DNA from: a virus
Taxonomy: Duplodnaviria; Heunggongvirae; Uroviricota; Caudoviricetes
DNA: 64,000 nucleotides
Strand: one strand, 5' to 3'
IMG/VR virus record: IMGVR_UViG_2850773344_000009
Below are positions 20,916 to 31,429 of the stretch, piece by piece. The notes under the pieces are model-generated. The model searched no databases and was not told the origin of the DNA. It was given only the letters and a program-made list of their open reading frames with translations. How positions within the stretch are numbered: the first letter of the stretch is position 1; every line of letters starts with the position of its first letter. The position numbers and the translations under genes were made by a program.

Positions 20916-21005
20916 CCACAGCCTCATACTCGATGAGGCCTGTTCATTGCTCAATGATATCCAGACCTACCGCAATAATACCAATCCAATAAATGGAGAT
21001 TCCAG

Positions 21006-21353
21006 GTGGAAGAAGAAATCTTCACTCGTGAAGAGGCAGCGTCGTATCTGAAGGTAGACAAAGGCACTATCACGCAGTGGATACGAAGTGGACGACTTCA
21101 GGCCGCAAAGATAAATCCAGATAAACCTAAAAGCCCATATCGCATTTGCAAGTCAGACTGCATTGCGGCGCTTAAGTCTGTGAGACACAATAGCGCGGTG
21201 AATGCGGTTGATGTGCAGGAGGTTAAAGCATGTCAATCAAACTACGCGGTGGCACGTGGCACTGCGATTTCGTCGCGCCAGATGGATCAAGAGTTAGACG
21301 CTCTCTTGAAACATCGGACAAAAGGCAAGCGCAAGAACTTCACGATCGTCTGA
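21006..21353 (+). CDS. xis: Excisionase-like DNA-binding protein
   Basis: 115-aa ORF (GTG start) with HTH-like segment, immediately upstream of and overlapping int. Confidence 0.6.
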   Translation: MEEEIFTREEAASYLKVDKGTITQWIRSGRLQAAKINPDKPKSPYRICKSDCIAALKSVRHNSAVNAVDVQEVKACQSNYAVARGTAISSRQMDQELDALLKHRTKGKRKNFTIV

Positions 21354-22390
21354 AAGCAGAAGCGTGGAGAGTAAAAAATCTCGGGGAATCACCGAAAAAG
21401 CTATTCAAGGAAGCCTGCATACGGTGGCTGCGTGAGAAATCGGATAAGAAGTCCATTGATGATGACAAGAGCATTATATCGTTCTGGATGTTGCACTTCA
21501 GAGAAGCCATTCTCTCTGACATAACAACAGAAAAAATAATGGAGGCGGTAGACGGGATGGAAAACCGCCGCCATCGCCTGAACTGGGAGATGAGCCGGGA
21601 CAGGTGTTTGCGACTTGGCAATCCGGTGCCGGAGTATAAACCAAAGCTTGCAAGCAAAGGAACGAAGACGAGGCATCTGGCAATACTTCGCGCCATTCTC
21701 AATATGGCTGTTGAATGGGGATGGCTTGACAGGGCACCCAAAATATCAACACCACGCGTTAAGAATGGACGCATCAGATGGCTTACAGAGGAGGAATCGA
21801 AGCGCCTGTTTGCAGAAATTGCTCCTCACTTCTTCCCTGTGGTCATGTTTGCAATCACGACAGGCCTTCGCCGTTCCAACGTTACAGACCTTGAGTGGTC
21901 ACAGGTCGATCTGGATAAGAAAATGGCATGGATGCACCCTGATGAAACAAAAGCTGGCAATGCGATCGGAGTTCCTCTTAACGAAACCGCATGCCAGATA
22001 TTAAGAAAACAGCAGGGGCTCCATAAGAGATGGGTATTTGTCCACACCAAACCTGCCTACCGAAGCGACGGAACAAAAACAGCAGCGGTAAGGAAGATGA
22101 GAACCGACAGCAACAAGGCATGGAAGGGAGCGTTAAAGCGGGCAGGCATTAGCAACTTCCGCTTCCATGATCTGAGGCATACCTGGGCAAGCTGGCTGGT
22201 TCAGTCCGGTGTCTCTCTTCTTGCACTTAAAGAGATGGGAGGATGGGAAACTCTCGAAATGGTTCAAAGATACGCCCACCTTTCAGCCGGGCATCTCACC
22301 GAGCACGCAAGCAAAATCGATGCGATTATAAGTCGCAATGGCACAAATACGGCACAAGAGGAGAACGTGGTTTACTTAAATGCGAGGTAA
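21230..22390 (+). CDS. int: Tyrosine integrase (P22/SfV-like)
   Basis: 386-aa ORF with aggagg RBS; C-terminal R...HDLRHTWAS...Y motifs of tyrosine recombinases; stop 15 nt before tRNA-derived core. Confidence 0.9.
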   Translation: MSIKLRGGTWHCDFVAPDGSRVRRSLETSDKRQAQELHDRLKAEAWRVKNLGESPKKLFKEACIRWLREKSDKKSIDDDKSIISFWMLHFREAILSDITTEKIMEAVDGMENRRHRLNWEMSRDRCLRLGNPVPEYKPKLASKGTKTRHLAILRAILNMAVEWGWLDRAPKISTPRVKNGRIRWLTEEESKRLFAEIAPHFFPVVMFAITTGLRRSNVTDLEWSQVDLDKKMAWMHPDETKAGNAIGVPLNETACQILRKQQGLHKRWVFVHTKPAYRSDGTKTAAVRKMRTDSNKAWKGALKRAGISNFRFHDLRHTWASWLVQSGVSLLALKEMGGWETLEMVQRYAHLSAGHLTEHASKIDAIISRNGTNTAQEENVVYLNAR

Positions 22391-22404
22391 CTTATTGATT
22401 TAAA

Positions 22405-22450
22405 TGGTGCCGATAATAGGAGTCGAACCTACGACCTTCGCATTACGAAT
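22405..22450 (-). other. attP-like core: 3' terminal 46 nt of tRNA-Thr(CGU) (thrW type), not a complete tRNA
   Basis: Minus strand reads attcgtaatgcgaaggtcgtaggttcgactcctattatcggcacca (anticodon loop CGT through CCA); upstream tRNA half absent. Confidence 0.85.
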
Positions 22451-22651
22451 TATAAGAATCCGCTTGTAATTCAAAGGATTATCCCATCAACACTGCGCTC
22501 ACACGTCCCACCACATCAAAACATGTAAAGCCTTGCAAGCCATTGTGAGGCCTTATGTGTCTCAGTTTTGTCTCATCAGACATAGCAAGTATCGATCAAT
22601 TGAGACTTGGATGATAGACTTCATGCCTTTCAGAGCTCATTGATTAAATAA

Positions 22652-23014
22652 ATGTTAAAGTTATTTGTAAAGTACACATCTATAGGTGTGCTGAACACAC
22701 TTATACACTGGGTGGTTTTTGGTGTATGTATCTATGCCGCACATACCAGTCAGGCTCTGGCAAACTTCACAGGTTTCGTAGTGGCTGTGAGCTTTAGCTT
22801 CTTCGCGAATGCAAGATTCACATTCAAAGCATCGACTACAGCGATGCGCTACATGTTATACGTGGGATTTATGGGAATATTGAGTGTGATTGTTGGTTGG
22901 GCAGCTGATAAATGCTCACTTCCTCCAATAGTCACTCTTATCACCTTCTCCGCCATCAGTCTGGTGTGCGGTTTCGTCTATTCAAAGTTCATTGTCTTTA
23001 GGGATGCGAAATGA
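22652..23014 (+). CDS. gtrA: GtrA (bactoprenol-glucose flippase)
   Basis: 120-aa four-[25 protein letters not shown]..., first gene of gtr operon. Confidence 0.9.
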   Translation: MLKLFVKYTSIGVLNTLIHWVVFGVCIYAAHTSQALANFTGFVVAVSFSFFANARFTFKASTTAMRYMLYVGFMGILSVIVGWAADKCSLPPIVTLITFSAISLVCGFVYSKFIVFRDAK

Positions 23015-23934
23015 AAATATCTCTTGTCGTTCCTGTCTTCAATGAAGAAGAAGCGATACCTGTTTTCTATAAAACGGTACGTGAATTCCAAGAGTTGAAG
23101 CCATATGAAGTAGAAATTGTATTCATAAATGACGGAAGTAAAGATGCCACAGAGTCAATTATTAACGCGCTGGCTGTTTCAGACCCGCTAGTTGTTCCGC
23201 TGTCATTTACACGCAACTTTGGTAAAGAACCAGCCTTATTTGCAGGGTTAGACCATGCAAGCGGCGATGCTGTAATTCCTATTGATGTCGACCTGCAAGA
23301 CCCAATTGAGGTTATCCCTCATCTTATTGAAAAGTGGCAGGCAGGTGCTGACATGGTGCTTGCTAAACGTTCAGACCGCTCAACTGATGGACGACTGAAA
23401 CGTAAGACAGCTGAGTGGTTCTATAAATTACACAACAAAATAAGCACCCCAAAGATCGAGGAAAATGTCGGAGATTTTCGACTCATGTCTCGTGAGGTTG
23501 TGGAGAACATTAAACTGTTGCCTGAGCGCAATCTTTTCATGAAAGGCATACTGAGCTGGGTGGGTGGTCAGACGGATGTCGTTGAATATGTACGCGCAGA
23601 GCGTGTTGCTGGCATCTCAAAATTTAATGGCTGGAAATTATGGAATCTGGCACTGGAAGGTATCACAAGTTTTTCAACCTTTCCTCTTCGCGTATGGACT
23701 TATATAGGCTTGTTTGTTGCAAGCATTTCATTTTTATATGGTGCATGGATGATTATAGACACCCTTGTCTTTGGTAACCCAGTACGCGGGTATCCCTCCC
23801 TGCTTGTATCAATACTTTTCTTGGGTGGAGTGCAGCTGATCGGGATTGGTGTTCTCGGTGAATATATAGGCAGAATCTATATTGAAAGCAAACATCGTCC
23901 CAAATACATCATCAAAAATGAGAAACAAAAATGA
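23011..23934 (+). CDS. gtrB: GtrB (bactoprenol glucosyltransferase, GT2 family)
   Basis: 307-aa ORF with N-terminal GT2 domain (VVPVFNEEE..., DxD) and C-terminal TM helices. Confidence 0.9.
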   Translation: MKISLVVPVFNEEEAIPVFYKTVREFQELKPYEVEIVFINDGSKDATESIINALAVSDPLVVPLSFTRNFGKEPALFAGLDHASGDAVIPIDVDLQDPIEVIPHLIEKWQAGADMVLAKRSDRSTDGRLKRKTAEWFYKLHNKISTPKIEENVGDFRLMSREVVENIKLLPERNLFMKGILSWVGGQTDVVEYVRAERVAGISKFNGWKLWNLALEGITSFSTFPLRVWTYIGLFVASISFLYGAWMIIDTLVFGNPVRGYPSLLVSILFLGGVQLIGIGVLGEYIGRIYIESKHRPKYIIKNEKQK

Positions 23935-25184
23935 AAAGCCTTAAAACATCATATGTAAAAAAACTATTTTTCTTAATTGCTGTATTTTTCATTGCGGTTA
24001 TTTTGATGTATTTGCGCCGTCCTGATATAATCAGAACACCGCAGTTTTGGGCAGAAGATGGTCATGTATGGTATGCTATGGCATACAATAATGGCATATT
24101 CACATCAATGATATTCCCTCAAAATGGATATTATCAAACCATATCAAAACTTATTGCCTCCATATCATTAAATTTTAATTTAATGTATGCCCCTTTAATT
24201 TTTAACATCTCCGCAATTATTGTTAGGGCATTGCTTGTGTCTTTCATACTCTCTGGAAGATTTAGTTACGTAAACATAACACCAAGAATATTTACTGCTT
24301 TGTTTATTATAATAATGCCGGAAGTATCAGAAGTGCACGCCAATGTTACTAATGATCATTGGTATTTATCACTATATTTACTTCTTGTTATGTTAGCTCC
24401 AAAGCCTACAAATAATTATCAAAAAGCACACGATTATATAGCGATAATCATATGTGGACTAAGTGGTCCATTTATAGTATTCATGGCTCCAATGGTAGGG
24501 ATAAATATACTTATACAAAAACGCTTATCTACAAAAAAAATAACCACTCACGAATACGTTTTCATTGCTATTTGTTTTATTCAATTTATTTCTATTATCA
24601 TGACATCCTCTGAGACCAGAGTTGATATGGCTCTTGGAGCAAATTTCGCAACACTTTGCAAAATATTAACAACAAAGGTTTTTCTGGGTTTATGGGCTAA
24701 TGGTGACTTTTTATCACCTTTATGGAATCATGATTCAATTTGCATTGCAATTACAATGATTTGTCTTTCCATCACTATTTTTACATTTATTGTTTCCAAT
24801 TACCCCATGCGCTCGGCAATAGTTTTCGCAATACTAACATTAACGTTTTCACTAGCAAAACCAATGCTTTCGTCTACAAGTGAGCAATGGCCATTATTAA
24901 TTCATGGCGGAGGAAGATATTCTGTCATACCAACAATTATATGGTACTCTGTATTGGTTTACTTCTTAAACTATATTTCCCACTTGCACTTTAAATTCCT
25001 ACCATGGATGTTATATACAACATCGTTAATCTCATGTTTATATTTTTTCAATCTTACCCCACTCCCAGATTACGGGTGGAAAGAGCAAGTTAAAAAATTT
25101 GAAAGTTTAGCACCAGGAGAATCGTATTCTTTCAAGTTCAACCCTGCAGGATGGACGATGACATTAATAAAAAAACAGCCTTAA
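23931..25184 (+). CDS. Type-specific O-antigen glucosyltransferase Gtr(type) (polytopic membrane protein; serotype identity not resolved)
   Basis: 417-aa multi-TM ORF in strongly AT-rich DNA directly after gtrB. Confidence 0.8.
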   Translation: MKSLKTSYVKKLFFLIAVFFIAVILMYLRRPDIIRTPQFWAEDGHVWYAMAYNNGIFTSMIFPQNGYYQTISKLIASISLNFNLMYAPLIFNISAIIVRALLVSFILSGRFSYVNITPRIFTALFIIIMPEVSEVHANVTNDHWYLSLYLLLVMLAPKPTNNYQKAHDYIAIIICGLSGPFIVFMAPMVGINILIQKRLSTKKITTHEYVFIAICFIQFISIIMTSSETRVDMALGANFATLCKILTTKVFLGLWANGDFLSPLWNHDSICIAITMICLSITIFTFIVSNYPMRSAIVFAILTLTFSLAKPMLSSTSEQWPLLIHGGGRYSVIPTIIWYSVLVYFLNYISHLHFKFLPWMLYTTSLISCLYFFNLTPLPDYGWKEQVKKFESLAPGESYSFKFNPAGWTMTLIKKQP

Positions 25185-25236
25185 TGTTGAATGGTAGTTA
25201 CTTAATGTTATTGATCTAAGTTTTGCATCAATAAAT

Positions 25237-25257
25237 CCCCCCCGAAACTTAGGGGGG
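25237..25257. terminator. Bidirectional hairpin terminator between convergent gtr operon and tail genes
   Basis: ccccccc-gaaactta-gggggg stem-loop. Confidence 0.5.
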
Positions 25258-25305
25258 CATCTGCAGTTATAATTAACGGCCTCTTTCTTCATCCGATAAC
25301 GCCCC

Positions 25306-25713
25306 TTATTTATTTTCCTCTGGTTTTTTCGGCCACTCTATATTTTTTATATCAACACGCATCAATAGCACCCGATATTTTTTCCATGCCAGTAACAGTT
25401 TCGTTTCATCATCTGTTGCCATATCTAAATCAACCGCATCCTGAAGCGGCGCTATTACATTCGTTGCCTCTGCTATCAGTGCAGATTTCTTTTCATTATT
25501 TATTAAGGCTAATTGTTCTGGTGTTGGAGAAGGACGGTCAACAATGACAGGGTGACCATTCTCACCACAGGTAATCATTTTTGTTACACTCTGCGAATTA
25601 ATCAGTGTTTTCCACTCTGATTCCGAGATTTCCACTGCATCATCAGGAATATTGGTGCCGTGAAATTCAGTCGAATAAAATCCGTTTGTCGATGCAGAAT
25701 AAAAATATGACAT
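25306..25713 (-). CDS. Tail fiber assembly protein (Tfa)
   Basis: C-terminal [15 protein letters not shown]...IEWP motif typical of Tfa chaperones; ATG at 25713. Confidence 0.75.
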   Translation of the reverse strand: MSYFYSASTNGFYSTEFHGTNIPDDAVEISESEWKTLINSQSVTKMITCGENGHPVIVDRPSPTPEQLALINNEKKSALIAEATNVIAPLQDAVDLDMATDDETKLLLAWKKYRVLLMRVDIKNIEWPKKPEENK

Positions 25714-25717
25714 TTCG

Positions 25718-26368
25718 TTAATATCCCATTGCAATGTAATACGCATCAGCAGATGAACCATATCCTGAACCGGGCGACACTGTAATATCAAATCCAGTGT
25801 TATGGACATTTGTCGCCGATACAGTCGGCTGCCCTGACGCGCCAGTAACTTTTAATGTAACTACGACAGCAATGACTCTTGAGAACGTCATCGGAAACTT
25901 CATCCCGTATGTTGAAGATACATTCGGGGCACCATTCAACTGACCACACTGTAAAATTAATCCAGACGGAAATTTTTGCGCAGCAGCCGTTACGGTATTA
26001 ATTGACGCGAACAGGCTCATATCAGGTATCTGATTCGCCCCTGTACCTACATTCCTTTTAGCTGCTTCTCCCAAACCAAGGTTTTCGAGAGCCGTTTTCA
26101 CCGTGCCATCCGATTTGATATCGCCAAACGGATTCTTGCGGCTTAACAGCAGCGCGCGAAGTGCGGTAAGCAACTGATCGTGCCGCCCCTTCTCCAGGCT
26201 GGCACCGGATGCCTCCACCACGCTGCAAAGCTCCTCCTGCAACATGTCAAAGTAGTCATCATCCAGATCGGTGGCAGGCGTGCCAGTCTGGGGGTTACCA
26301 CGGGTAAAACCGTTCTTACCCGCGCCGAACTTATCCTTCTGCGCGGTTTTCGTGTCTATACGATGCAT
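25718..26368 (-). CDS. Tail fiber protein
   Basis: 216-aa ORF immediately upstream of tfa, downstream of baseplate genes. Confidence 0.55.
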   Translation of the reverse strand: MHRIDTKTAQKDKFGAGKNGFTRGNPQTGTPATDLDDDYFDMLQEELCSVVEASGASLEKGRHDQLLTALRALLLSRKNPFGDIKSDGTVKTALENLGLGEAAKRNVGTGANQIPDMSLFASINTVTAAAQKFPSGLILQCGQLNGAPNVSSTYGMKFPMTFSRVIAVVVTLKVTGASGQPTVSATNVHNTGFDITVSPGSGYGSSADAYYIAMGY

Positions 26369-26371
26369 GGA

Positions 26372-26956
26372 TTACTCCGGATATTTAAAAATCACATAGG
26401 TATGCGACGGGCAGAGTTTGTTAAGCACACATTCGACAACGGTGTCGCCCCAGATACGCAGCGCGGAATCACAGGGATCGCCACATGTCATCCAGGTGGT
26501 GTTTGTGGCGGCTGGCATGTTGACCTGCCAGTAATACCGCCATTCCGGCACATTCACCGCGTCAGTACAGGCCGATGAGCAGGTGAACGTGCTTTTGTCG
26601 TATCGCGTGATGGTAGCGTCTGGTCTGCCCAGGGCAGCAAGCTGTGCAAGATAAAAATTCTCATTGATGCCGCCCGCCAGGTTAACCTTCGCATCCAGCC
26701 GTTGCTGACGCTGGCGAAGGGTCTGTGTCCCTGCGGGAATACATTCATCCGGCAGACCGCACAGACGCTCCCAGCGGTTTATCAGTTCAGTGGTGGTGCG
26801 CGGATCCAGCTCCCGCATCAGGGCATCCGCACGCTGATGAACGCGGGTTAATGACGGTGCCGCACCGGCAATCGACGGATCGCTGGCTGACCACGCCGGA
26901 CCGGGGGGCAACAGTGCCGACAACAGACGGATGTAATCATCGTTTGTCACGTCCAT
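26372..26956 (-). CDS. Mu gp48-like baseplate/tail protein
   Basis: 194-aa ORF, position after baseplate J homolog. Confidence 0.55.
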   Translation of the reverse strand: MDVTNDDYIRLLSALLPPGPAWSASDPSIAGAAPSLTRVHQRADALMRELDPRTTTELINRWERLCGLPDECIPAGTQTLRQRQQRLDAKVNLAGGINENFYLAQLAALGRPDATITRYDKSTFTCSSACTDAVNVPEWRYYWQVNMPAATNTTWMTCGDPCDSALRIWGDTVVECVLNKLCPSHTYVIFKYPE

Positions 26957-28005
26957 GAAATCGTCCCCAGAACCGCCAGTTCATTTTTCGCAATGGAGAT
27001 ATTGTCTGCCGGTGCAAGCAACTGATGGCTGTATTCCCCGTTCGCACCGGAAATCGCCTCACTGATACGCGATACCTTCAGTTTTCCCTGCGGATAACCA
27101 TCACGCAGCAGGAACGAACGCAACTCGGCGGTGATGGCAGCACGTATTTCGGGTGTGTCCGGCGTCACGCGAATATGAAAATCCACCATATGCGCCACCG
27201 GCCTGAACACATACAAATCAGAGCCTGCCACCGGGGCCAGTGGCTCAATGTGTTGTCTTGCCGCCGTTTCCGTTGATTCTTCCGGAATGGGATTAATCAG
27301 GTCACTGCTGGCAATCATCACACCGACAGTTCCCGTTCCCATCCAGTGACGGTATGTCCATGCGCGGGTAATGCCGGGCACTTCTTTAGCCCAGACGACA
27401 TAGTCCCCGTCAGCCCCGCCCTGAGGCGTCCAGTAATACCGCTCAATGACGCGGGCGCGCCACGTTTCCAGCTCTTCAGTATCAAATCCGCCTGTAAGGG
27501 TGTCAGCCACACCGGAAGACGGCAGACCATTCACCGGCGTGACCAGGATTAATGCCGTACCGTCGTCAGCGTTACCGACCGCACCTGCACTTGAGCAGGC
27601 GATCGGCACGCGCAGGACACCACCGGTGCTGGTTGCATCGTCAGTTGTCGTGTACTGCACCAGGTCATCGCGCTGAATAACACTCCCGGCGGTCACCTTC
27701 AGGCCATCGCTGACACCTTCCCAGCGCATATACCCGCTGGCAGCCGTGGCCCCCTTGCGCGGACACCGTTTCATCGCAGCATGTCGCGCCAGCCAGGACT
27801 CATCGCACAGGTCAGGCAGCATGTTCATTGCCAGATAATCGATGTAACCGTAAACCGTATGCAGCGCCGCCGCATACACCTTTGCCCGCACGTCTTCATC
27901 CATGCGCCGGAGAGTGTCGCTGACGTCCAGCCTGGCGAATAAATCGTTACGGAGCATACTGATATTTTCTGCCAGCGTCGGGCGCTGAAATTCACTGTCC
28001 GCCAT
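26947..28005 (-). CDS. Baseplate J-like protein (Mu gp47-like)
   Basis: 352-aa ORF in conserved Mu-like baseplate gene order. Confidence 0.7.
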   Translation of the reverse strand: MADSEFQRPTLAENISMLRNDLFARLDVSDTLRRMDEDVRAKVYAAALHTVYGYIDYLAMNMLPDLCDESWLARHAAMKRCPRKGATAASGYMRWEGVSDGLKVTAGSVIQRDDLVQYTTTDDATSTGGVLRVPIACSSAGAVGNADDGTALILVTPVNGLPSSGVADTLTGGFDTEELETWRARVIERYYWTPQGGADGDYVVWAKEVPGITRAWTYRHWMGTGTVGVMIASSDLINPIPEESTETAARQHIEPLAPVAGSDLYVFRPVAHMVDFHIRVTPDTPEIRAAITAELRSFLLRDGYPQGKLKVSRISEAISGANGEYSHQLLAPADNISIAKNELAVLGTISWT

Positions 28006-28420
28006 GCGTTATCGCACTCCACAGATCATCAAAAGAAATCATTACCGGTCCGTCACGACGCCAGAGAGTGATACTGTTACCCAGTTCATTAATCCCGGTG
28101 CGGCGGATATCCAGATCAATACGGGACACCACGCCGTCATCAATCATCCATTGCAGGCATTCGCGGATATACCCCCTTACCGTCTGCACCAGCTGATTGG
28201 TCAGTTTGCTGCGCTGAAGCAGCCACAGTCGGGAGCCGTAACGGTCATTCTGTACCGCAGGCCAGGTATCCCCCCACCATCCCATCGGGACATCGGCGTT
28301 GTCATCAGGCTCCGCCCGCCGCCAGGTAAACAGGGAAATCACCACGGCGCGGGTCAGCGGATCCAGCTGTGCGCTGGCGCAGGTGCGTTTACCGTTCACC
28401 GTCAGCCACAGTTCCATCAT
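27992..28420 (-). CDS. Mu gp46-like baseplate protein
   Basis: 142-aa ORF, synteny. Confidence 0.55.
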   Translation of the reverse strand: MMELWLTVNGKRTCASAQLDPLTRAVVISLFTWRRAEPDDNADVPMGWWGDTWPAVQNDRYGSRLWLLQRSKLTNQLVQTVRGYIRECLQWMIDDGVVSRIDLDIRRTGINELGNSITLWRRDGPVMISFDDLWSAITHGGQ

Positions 28421-28965
28421 GCCTCCATCGCTTTATCAGGTTTGTCGGTGTTACTGCCCTGACCGTTCTCTCTGTGACGATGCCCGTTATAGGCAAGCCG
28501 CATCGCTGACATGGTGGTACCGCCGGAGTCGCACAGGTCTTTCACCTGTCCGGTCACTTCCAGGTCCATTTCAAAACGTGCTCTGGGCGCATTGCGAAAC
28601 GTGATCGTTTTACCTGCACCGTCCACCACGATCCCCTCCCGGGTCAGCGTCACAGACTGCCCCCGATCGTCATAGACAGCCACCTCACCCGTCTGCAGCC
28701 CTTTCAGGCGGTAGCGCCGGTCCGACACCGTAACAACCACCGCATGAGAACGGTCGCCATCCGGAAACAACACCACCGCTTCCGCACCGCTGTTTGCCCT
28801 TGCGGTAAAACCGTAGGGTTCAAGATGTTCAATCCCGGCTTTGGGTTCACCGGCAATCAGGGACACATCCACGGTCTGACATTTCGTGGCGGCACTGATG
28901 CTTTTCACCACTGCCCGCCCAATCAGGCCGAGGAGTTGTCGCTGCATGGCTTCAATCGTCCTCAT
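28417..28965 (-). CDS. Baseplate assembly protein V / spike (Mu gp45-like)
   Basis: 182-aa ORF, synteny and size. Confidence 0.6.
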   Translation of the reverse strand: MRTIEAMQRQLLGLIGRAVVKSISAATKCQTVDVSLIAGEPKAGIEHLEPYGFTARANSGAEAVVLFPDGDRSHAVVVTVSDRRYRLKGLQTGEVAVYDDRGQSVTLTREGIVVDGAGKTITFRNAPRARFEMDLEVTGQVKDLCDSGGTTMSAMRLAYNGHRHRENGQGSNTDKPDKAMEA

Positions 28966-30044
28966 CAGAACGGGTCCTCCTGTACTCTGGCTTTTTTCTT
29001 TTTCCGCGCGCCGGGGGCTTCGGGTTCAGGCAGATAAGCATCAGGCGGGCCGACACGGATTTCCGTCAGGGTGCCGTTCTGGTCCTGAGTAAACGTGACT
29101 TCCGAAACAAGCAGTTCGGTATTGTCGAAACCACAGACCGGATCAAAGACAATCACCCGCTGGTTGGGCTGCCACAGCGTACCGTTACCCTGTCGCCAGC
29201 CCTGCACCACATAGGTGGTTTCATCCGTCCGCGCCGCCCGTTGCCGGGCTTCAAAGTCAGCACGCGCAATACAGCCTGCCCCCGTAGCCTGCCCTGTCTG
29301 CCTGATATACATCGGACGGTAACGGTCAATAAATGCGTCCTCTGTGCGGGCCCGCAGCGCGGTGGTGGTGGCCTCACCGAAATCATCGTCGTTTCCGGCA
29401 CGCTGCCCCGCCACCTGGTAAACAGAAAATCGCTCCCGGATACTCTTCTCCGTATCGCAGGAAAGGATGTTTTCCCCGAGTACCAGCGCAGTATGTGCCC
29501 GCGTTGAGCCAATACCGCCAATCACCAGCCTGCCGTGCGGGTCGTCGTAAGCCAGTGCCTGCTGCTGACCGAGTATTTTGTTGATTACCTCAATCACCGT
29601 TTCACCGTGATCAGGCTGAACATCAGGAATAACACCCGACGGCGCACCGCTGTTCACCACCTCAATGCCGAAAGGCGCAGCAAGCGCCTGCGCAATCTGT
29701 ACCAGCGATCGTCCGTTAAACTGTGTCGGTTCGGCTGCACAGTCAATCAGGTCAGCGGTCAGACTGCGTCCGGCAATACCGGTGCTGACCGAACGGGCAT
29801 CGTAACGAACGGGCGTCGCCTCCACCCAGCCGGTGATCACCAGCTCATCACCAATCAGCACCTCCACTTTTGAACCGTTTTTAATGCGCGGCTGAAGCGT
29901 GGTAATACCCTCATCTCCCGGCCACTGGCGGGTGATCTCCACACTGAAATCCCGCGCCAGCCGTTCAATACCGACACCGATGCGCACCGATGTCCAGCCA
30001 TTCCACTCCCGGCCATTTACCCGTAGCGTGACATTGTCGTTCAT
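28965..30044 (-). CDS. Baseplate hub protein (Mu P-like)
   Basis: 359-aa ORF, synteny. Confidence 0.6.
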   Translation of the reverse strand: MNDNVTLRVNGREWNGWTSVRIGVGIERLARDFSVEITRQWPGDEGITTLQPRIKNGSKVEVLIGDELVITGWVEATPVRYDARSVSTGIAGRSLTADLIDCAAEPTQFNGRSLVQIAQALAAPFGIEVVNSGAPSGVIPDVQPDHGETVIEVINKILGQQQALAYDDPHGRLVIGGIGSTRAHTALVLGENILSCDTEKSIRERFSVYQVAGQRAGNDDDFGEATTTALRARTEDAFIDRYRPMYIRQTGQATGAGCIARADFEARQRAARTDETTYVVQGWRQGNGTLWQPNQRVIVFDPVCGFDNTELLVSEVTFTQDQNGTLTEIRVGPPDAYLPEPEAPGARKKKKARVQEDPF

Positions 30045-31411
30045 TGCACTGGCACCTTCAGAGGGATCACCGGCACAAAGCCGGGATGCGTAATGGCATT
30101 ACGCCGGATAATGTCCGCGTCACGCGCCGCGTTATCAAACCAGGTCGCCGCCAGCACCAGCGCGGGTAAAACCTCATCCGGTGTGCGCTGAATGATCCGT
30201 GCAGACTGTTCAAGGCGCGTGTTGATATCCGCATTCAGATCTGCTTTCACCCGGCGCAGCGCCAGAAACAGCGCATCGCTGGTTGTACGGGACAACTCCT
30301 TATCAATTGCCGTATTCAGTGTGTCGCGAATGTCAGTCAGTTCTTCCCACGTCGGCAGGTCAACCGTGTTTTTCACCGCCGGTGCATTGTTCAGTGCCGG
30401 ATGCGTGACGGAAGGCCAGCCAGTGCTCTGCGCGGGTGTTGTTGCCTGCCCCACTGCGGCATTCTGCATCACCGCGGAAGTTGTTGGCGCAGGCAATCGG
30501 GTGACGGCATACGCCGCTTCGCTGATTGCGGTCGTACGAAGGGTGCTGGCAACCATGTTACGCTGCTGCGTCGCCGTGGCGGTGGTTTTACTGTCCGTTT
30601 TCCAGACGCCGCGCGGTTGCAGATCGCTGCCGAGGCTGACACCGGAAAGCGTTTTGATCATGGTGACCAGGTCGCTGGCGTTACCATAAAGGCGTTTCCC
30701 GGTACGCCACATTTTCTGCACCTGCTCAACGAAATTTTTGCCTGACGATGGCGGCGGCAGAAGTACCGAGATATCCCCCTGCAACAGCCTGGCGGCATCC
30801 GATACGGCAGAATCCACCACTTTCATCGCATCAGAAACATACCCAAGCATTGTGCTGGCATTACCGACGACGTCGTTCTGCACAAAATCTGCCACGCCAT
30901 CGATACTGAAACCACTGAAGCTATCACTGATGCAGTCATCCAGTGCAGAACAGGATGACATCAGCGTCTGCGCCGTCGCCGCACCTGAAGTGGGGTAAGA
31001 GAGTTCTCCCGCTTCGACAAACTTCAGGTCAAAGCGGACAATACGCCCTTCACTCTTCGATGTGCTGACCCGAACTTCCCCGTCAACACAGACTTTCAGC
31101 TCACCATAAGTCGGATGGACAAGCGTGCCAGGACCGGGTTTATTCAGCGCGTCAATCAGGCGATCGCGCTGGTCAAAGCAGTCATCTCCCACCACATAAG
31201 CTGTGATGGACGGGCGAAAAGTGATTTTCCCCAGGTCTTCGGTATAGGGTTTGTCGCGGTTCGGGTATTCGTGCGTTTCCACACGGCGACCGGTTCCCGC
31301 ACTTTCTTCTTCAACCTTAAACGGCACACCGCGAAATGACGCGTCCTGAAGTCTGTCTTTCCACGTCATATAAACTCCGTACATAAAAAATCCCACCGGA
31401 GTGGGACTCAT
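30041..31411 (-). CDS. DNA circulation protein (Mu N-like); start possibly at internal Met
   Basis: 456-aa ORF directly downstream of tape measure gene. Confidence 0.6.
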   Translation of the reverse strand: MSPTPVGFFMYGVYMTWKDRLQDASFRGVPFKVEEESAGTGRRVETHEYPNRDKPYTEDLGKITFRPSITAYVVGDDCFDQRDRLIDALNKPGPGTLVHPTYGELKVCVDGEVRVSTSKSEGRIVRFDLKFVEAGELSYPTSGAATAQTLMSSCSALDDCISDSFSGFSIDGVADFVQNDVVGNASTMLGYVSDAMKVVDSAVSDAARLLQGDISVLLPPPSSGKNFVEQVQKMWRTGKRLYGNASDLVTMIKTLSGVSLGSDLQPRGVWKTDSKTTATATQQRNMVASTLRTTAISEAAYAVTRLPAPTTSAVMQNAAVGQATTPAQSTGWPSVTHPALNNAPAVKNTVDLPTWEELTDIRDTLNTAIDKELSRTTSDALFLALRRVKADLNADINTRLEQSARIIQRTPDEVLPALVLAATWFDNAARDADIIRRNAITHPGFVPVIPLKVPVQ

Positions 31412-31429
31412 TAACAGATTAATTTTTCA

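Noticed and set aside
22405-22450. tRNA-Thr gene
   Set aside because: Only the 3' 46 nt (anticodon loop to CCA) are present; the 5' half is replaced by unrelated sequence, so this is an att core, not a functional tRNA.
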